From Lama glama (Eukaryota), in assembly GCA_028534125.1 (NCBI GenBank), contig CM052818.1, positions 14,510,001 through 14,574,000 on the forward strand: a stretch of DNA of 64,000 nt, read 5' to 3'. Position numbers and translations under genes: made by a program. Shown one piece after another: positions 62,459 through 64,000 of this stretch (the first letter of the stretch is position 1; every line of letters begins with the position of its first letter). The notes beneath the pieces are model-generated. The model was not told the origin of the DNA and ran no database searches. It was given only the letters and a program-made list of their open reading frames with translations.

Positions 62459-64000
62459 TTTAAGTCGTATTCTCACCATCACTATTGTAGGACATTCCAT
62501 TGGCCCCAGAGGAGTCATCATGAGCCAGTCAGGAAAATCATTTTACAGAGACAAGCTTTTTGATTTCCTTAAATTCACCGTGTTGGTCAGGAGATTATTC
62601 TCAAAAGGAAATATAAAATAGGGGATGTAAACCTGGAGTGTGAGCTCAGTCAAGAAGGAGGTACAAACATCTTCTAAAGGAAAAATGATTTAATCTCTTT
62701 CCTATCTTTCTACCAGATGGGATGAGGCCTTCTGGGAATGTGTGTGAGGGAAATGCTTATCAGGAGGCCACGTAAAGGACTCAGGACTCTTTTGTGATCC
62801 ACCTTCCATAGCAGTCAGTTGTTTTCTCTTTTGTATTTTTTAGGGAGAAAAAAAAGCGTTGGCCTGAACTCTGAGTGCTTTCTTACGTAATAAAAGAGTC
62901 AAGCCAAGGGCACGTCTTGGTTGGGCGTGGACTGGGCGGTCCGCCTGCTTTATCACGAGTGCTGGGGTTGGAGGCCCCGTGCTCCTGGAGGAGTGTCACG
63001 CAAGTCTTCTCCGAGTGCTAAGCCTCTTTCCAGGCAGAGGGGGCCCATCTCAGGGCAGGCCATTAAGATGCCTGGTCCCTTGGTGATGTTTCAGCAAGGG
63101 TTAAATCACTCTTTAGGGGCTTATTGTAAGGGTACTAAACTTGAAGGCAAGATTGCCAAAACCAGTTTTCCTTCTAACTGACTCTGGGCACACATCACCT
63201 AGCCCGACTGGGTCCCTTTGGCTCATCTGTCAAATCATGAGGTTTGTTCCCATGGAACCTCAAAGACACCTTCCAGCTTGGAAATTCCCCAACTTCATAA
63301 TAAAGCCTTGTTGGCATCTGGGCACTAACTGGAAATCTGTAAACCAGATAAGACATTCTAGAATTGAATATATTCATATCCCTCAGCAATAATAGTAATA
63401 ATTAGAGTTTTAGCTTCAATAAGAAGTCATCTTCCTCTCCTATAAAATAGCCAAGATTCAATGAGATAATATATCCACAGGACCAGCTGGGGGAGGGTGG
63501 ATGAGGTGGACAATACAGTTCAGTTAAAGAGGCAATTCCTATAGTAGTATTTCCCAAAATATAATTCTAGAATTCCTATTCTTTCACCTAGATTCACCAG
63601 CCAACTGTGTCCTAAAAGTCCTTTATACTGTTTTTTATGCATTCAGGATCTAGTCAAAGATCTCACATTGCATTCAGTTACTGGCTCTCTTTAGTTATTC
63701 TTACTTTAGAACAGTCTCTTCCCATTTTCCATAACATTGACAAATTCGAGGAGTCTGGGCTGGTTGTCTTATAGAATATCATGTAATCTGGATTTATGGA
63801 ATTGTTTCCTCATGTTGAGATTCAAATTTAACATATTTGACAAAAAACTACTTCAGTGATGTTCCTATTATTTTTTCAAACTATTTTTATTTTACCTTTA
63901 CTATGTGATCAAATATTACAGAAATACATACGGCAAAATGGAAGGTGCTCCGAAACGCCACTGCCAGAAATAACCAGTATTTACATTTTAGCATATATGC

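Noticed and set aside
1..64000. A novel prokaryote-style system (CRISPR array, operon, defence island) or other new multi-gene system
   Set aside because: CpG-depleted mammalian DNA with one spliced gene and fossil repeats; no repeat-spacer array or gene cluster seen.

Overview
This is mammalian (eutherian) genomic DNA, not prokaryotic. Two tRNA-derived SINEs resembling the camelid Vic-1 type suggest a camelid host. The window holds the 5' end of SPTBN1 (non-erythroid beta-II spectrin) on the minus strand: a CpG-island promoter (~46.8-49.4 kb), a probable non-coding first exon (~48273-48467), a ~40.5 kb first intron containing a 500-N assembly gap, the first coding exon (7598-7792; ATG at 7745; [49 protein letters not shown]), and the start of intron 2, which runs off the left edge. 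About 15 kb of upstream intergenic DNA lies to the right. The rest is ordinary fossil repeats (MIR, L2, L1, hAT/Tigger DNA transposons, MaLR/ERV LTRs). Repeat family names are from memory of consensus sequences and need RepeatMasker/Dfam confirmation; their boundaries are approximate unless TSDs or TIRs are quoted. I found no convincing novel biological system, and nearly all other listed ORFs look spurious. The best second-look items are a uORF just before the SPTBN1 start, a perfect-hairpin 81-bp MITE, a probable SINE-L1 chimeric insertion, a 73-bp duplication 2 kb apart, splice-donor clusters, and a Z-DNA/G4-symmetric promoter core.
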